NCBI GenBank assembly: GCA_013265495.1
Contig: MU060965.1
Location: 496,001-560,000 of the forward strand
DNA: 64,000 nucleotides
Direction: 5' to 3'
DNA from: Vicugna vicugna
Lineage: Eukaryota
Shown here: piece after piece, positions 61,127 to 64,000 of the stretch
Layout: each line of letters starts with the position of its first letter
How positions within the stretch are numbered: the stretch's first letter is position 1
Position numbers and translations under genes: made by a program
Notes under the pieces: generated by a model
What the model was told of the DNA's origin: nothing
Database searches by the model: none
Seen by the model: only the letters and a program-made list of their open reading frames with translations

Positions 61127-64000
61127 GTGAGTATGTTGCTTCCCGCCGGACAGACTGCGTTCTTGGTGGTTTTCCCGCTTTGTTTGGGATGACAACACAG
61201 AGACTGCAGGAGCGTGTATTTCAGATGTAAAGCACATGGAACAAGATGAGAGTGGAAACGGCGGAAGGCCGGTGGCTTGTGTGGAGATGCGGGCTGGCCC
61301 TGCCCCGGCTTTGCAGCCCTGAGCCCCGGTGACAAACCTGGATGAGGCTTGGCGGACATGCCTCCTGGCCTCTCCAGCCCCTCGACTTGTGGGTCTGATG
61401 CCTCTGTCGGGGTCACCCCGCGTTCTGGCTGCAGGTGCCACACACCTGTTTTGTGTACAGAGCAGGATTTGGTCCATGAAGCACTAAGCACTGGTTTTGG
61501 CAACCTTTTTTCTCAGAAAAAATGAAATTCTCTGATTACTGAAATATGATAAAAAAAAACTTCTGCTTTAGCTTTTGTACTTGTCGTGAAGCTATAGAAT
61601 ATAATGAATAATATTTTCACTTGTCCCAAGAAATAGGTGTTTAGGCCCCAGAATGCAGCCTGTTTTTTCGGCTGTGTGGCTCTGATTTCCTTGGCAACAC
61701 CAGTTAGGTTCTCGGAAGCCCCAGCTCTGTCCTTCAGTGTTTGGGAGAACTCGCCGTTTTTAAATATGAGTGAAAAGAAGCTCTTGGTTTACTCGTTTAT
61801 CGCGTGGAGTGGGACACGCATCTCGGAGGAGTGGCGTCTGCCTGAGATACGCCTGGAGGTGAGAGGTGTGTCAGCGTCTGTGGGACCGAGCAGGAGGGGA
61901 CAGGCCTTCCCGGCAGCCCCCAGGTTTGGACGTTCTCCAGCGCGCCAGTCGGAGGGCACCCCTGCTGCCAGCTGTGGGCGGCAGGCTCCCCGCGCTGCTT
62001 GGTTTGGCAGCGAGAGTGTGCACAGATGCCCCGTGCGGTGCGTTTGAGGTTGAAAATCATGATCTGTGTGTGACTTGGGTGATTTTATCACCTCTGCCTT
62101 TGTGGACGGCCACGCGTGGTTCTCTGCACGCGGGATAGCGGCCGTGCTCAGTAAGGGTCCTGCCCCCTGTGTCGCCTGTCTGCACGTGGTGCTGGGGTTG
62201 GTGTGTCCAGGACTGAATTTGCTTGTCCCCTGGAGGAGAGCAGCTCCTTGTTCAGGGAGCCCTTTGACTCCTGGGCGTCTGGGGACGTAAGGACGGCCGC
62301 GCCACGTGCCTGGCTGCAGGAGGGCCTGTCTCCCAGGAAGACCGCACCTGTCGAAGGTGCATCTCGGCTTAGAGTCCCGCGCAGCAAGGCCGTAGTCCCT
62401 GCGTGCTGCCAGGTGACGGTGGCTGTGACCACACCCATGTCCTCGAACCCTCGTCTGCTGCCTGTCCCGGGCCGTCTCCGCGAAGCCCAGAGGGTGAGGA
62501 CGGGGAGAGTGTGGAGGTGGCGTGCGGGGCTGGGGCCTGCGCTCTGGTGCCACCTGTGCGCCTGGTGGGGGCTTGTCACCCTGCCGAGTGACACTGTAGC
62601 TTATAGGTCGTTGACTTCTGAGGGCAGTTCCATGAGTTTGTTTTGTGCTGGCCGTGGCTCCCGGGCCTTGTCCTGGTGGGGAGGGTTTGCCTGGCTGAGA
62701 TGCTGTCATGCTCCGGTGCCCAGGACACTCTGCGGTCAGCGTGGACACTGACAGATACGTCTCGCCATATTAAAACGGTTGTGTGAAGTAGGAAGTGGAC
62801 GGTCCCCAGCGTGTGTGCGCCGTGTGGGCTGAGCGTGTGCGTGTCCCACCTCGGCTGCCCGTCCTTCCTGGGCCTCCAGCGTGAGCGGCCTGGTGCGCCG
62901 GCCTTTGGAAACCTGTGCTTTCGTGATAAAGGGCCCAACAGTGGCCGAAGCCCTAGCACCAGGCTGGGGTCCGAGGGGGGAGTGCGGCCCAGGGCCACCG
63001 TTGGAGTGGTCTGCACCAGGGGGGTCAGGGCGCCGCCGTCCCCACTGGCAGGACCCTGCCGTCTTCCTTCAGTGAGATCAGTGAGGTGGATCGTTGATTT
63101 GTAGAATTATGGGGTGCTTCTGCCAGAGATGTTGGGGTGCAGGCCTGGGGCCCTCCCCGCCTTGCTCTGGGTGGGAGTCCCGGCCCAGTCCGAGGTCACC
63201 TCCACTCGGGCAGCCCCTGTCGGAGCTCAGCCACTCCCTTTGAAGGTGCTCTGATCCTGCTGTGCGTCCTGTGAGCGTGTGGGTGAGTCCCCAGGCCGAT
63301 GAGAGCCAGAGACCAGAGAAAAGGGTGGCACGTGTGGGTTTCTGAGGGGCGCTGTGCTGAGCCTGGTTTACCAGCCACAGGGGACTTGCCAGCTTGTCTG
63401 AAACACGCATCCTGAGTGTCCTTTCACAGGCTGGGCCTCGAGGATGAAATTGGGGCCAACCCGCTGTTTGCTTCGGTCCTTGGCGGCATGAGCTTGGACC
63501 CCTCGGCCCTTCCCCACCTGGGCCACGAGGGGTGAGCTCTGCCCCTCTGGGTGACCCCAGGAAGACGTCTCCGGCCCTGCTCGTTTCTACAAGAGGCTTT
63601 TCGTGTTTGGAACTGATTTTTGTCCATGTGGGAGGAAACGGGAGCAGCTCTGAATTGGTGTTAAAAAGCAGAAATCACAGCTGGGTGAGAGGTGCTGCCC
63701 AGGGACACCGGCTCTGAGGGGTCTTTTGGGGGCACCTGGTGCGACACGTGGAGGGGAGGTCCTATTCCTTGCGCGGTCGCTGCGCTTTGCAGCCCCGCAC
63801 GTCCGGCGAGGGAGGGCCAGCCAGCAGGGGCTCCCGGAGCAGGAGGTGGGTGGTGCCCACCCTGAGCCGTGCCGTGGTTTCAGGTGCCACTTTCCTCGCA
63901 TCCTCACCTTTTAAAAAGCCCTTCCGCCTGCTGGTTAACCAGTTACCCCTCAGCGTGGAGCGGTTGGAAGGGTCTCGCTCGGAAGCCAGCCCTGGCTTCT

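Noticed and set aside
61789-62748. 319-aa minus-strand ORF in TFDP1 intron 2
   Set aside because: No domain, no exon signals, and overlapping ORFs occur in several frames, as expected for GC-rich intron.
61127-64000. TFDP1 exon 3 (AGLIEANGELKVF...)
   Set aside because: No matching sequence was seen; it presumably lies beyond the window.

Overview
This is mammalian genomic DNA from a GC-rich, subtelomere-like region. The gene order ADPRHL1 (-) / DCUN1D2 (-) / TMCO3 (+) / TFDP1 (+) matches the block at human 13q34. The young L1 3' ends, together with no recognisable Alu, B1, Bov-A/tA, PRE-1 or SINEC elements, suggest a camelid; this is pattern recognition, not a database match. The window holds ADPRHL1 coding exon 1, a complete and intact TMCO3 (12 coding exons, 2034 nt, 677 aa, all GT-AG, phases consistent), and the TFDP1 CpG island (two N gaps) with its MAKD start exon. 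The main unexpected result is that DCUN1D2 sits at its syntenic position but appears to be a decayed unitary pseudogene. Its exon 2 has lost the acceptor (AG>GG) and about 55 nt. Its exon 3 has two 1-nt frameshifts and many radical substitutions. Exon 4 cannot be found and exons 5-7 are at best faint remnants. The ATG exon, the splice donors and the bidirectional CpG promoter shared with TMCO3 (duplicated ZNF143-like sites) remain. Secondary observations include a CRE/HRE/E-box minisatellite upstream of ADPRHL1, several TMCO3 uORFs, a possible intronic-polyadenylation isoform of TMCO3, and a region-wide AT>GC skew. All comparisons with human proteins and repeat consensus sequences are from memory and need alignment. 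Repeat boundaries are approximate.
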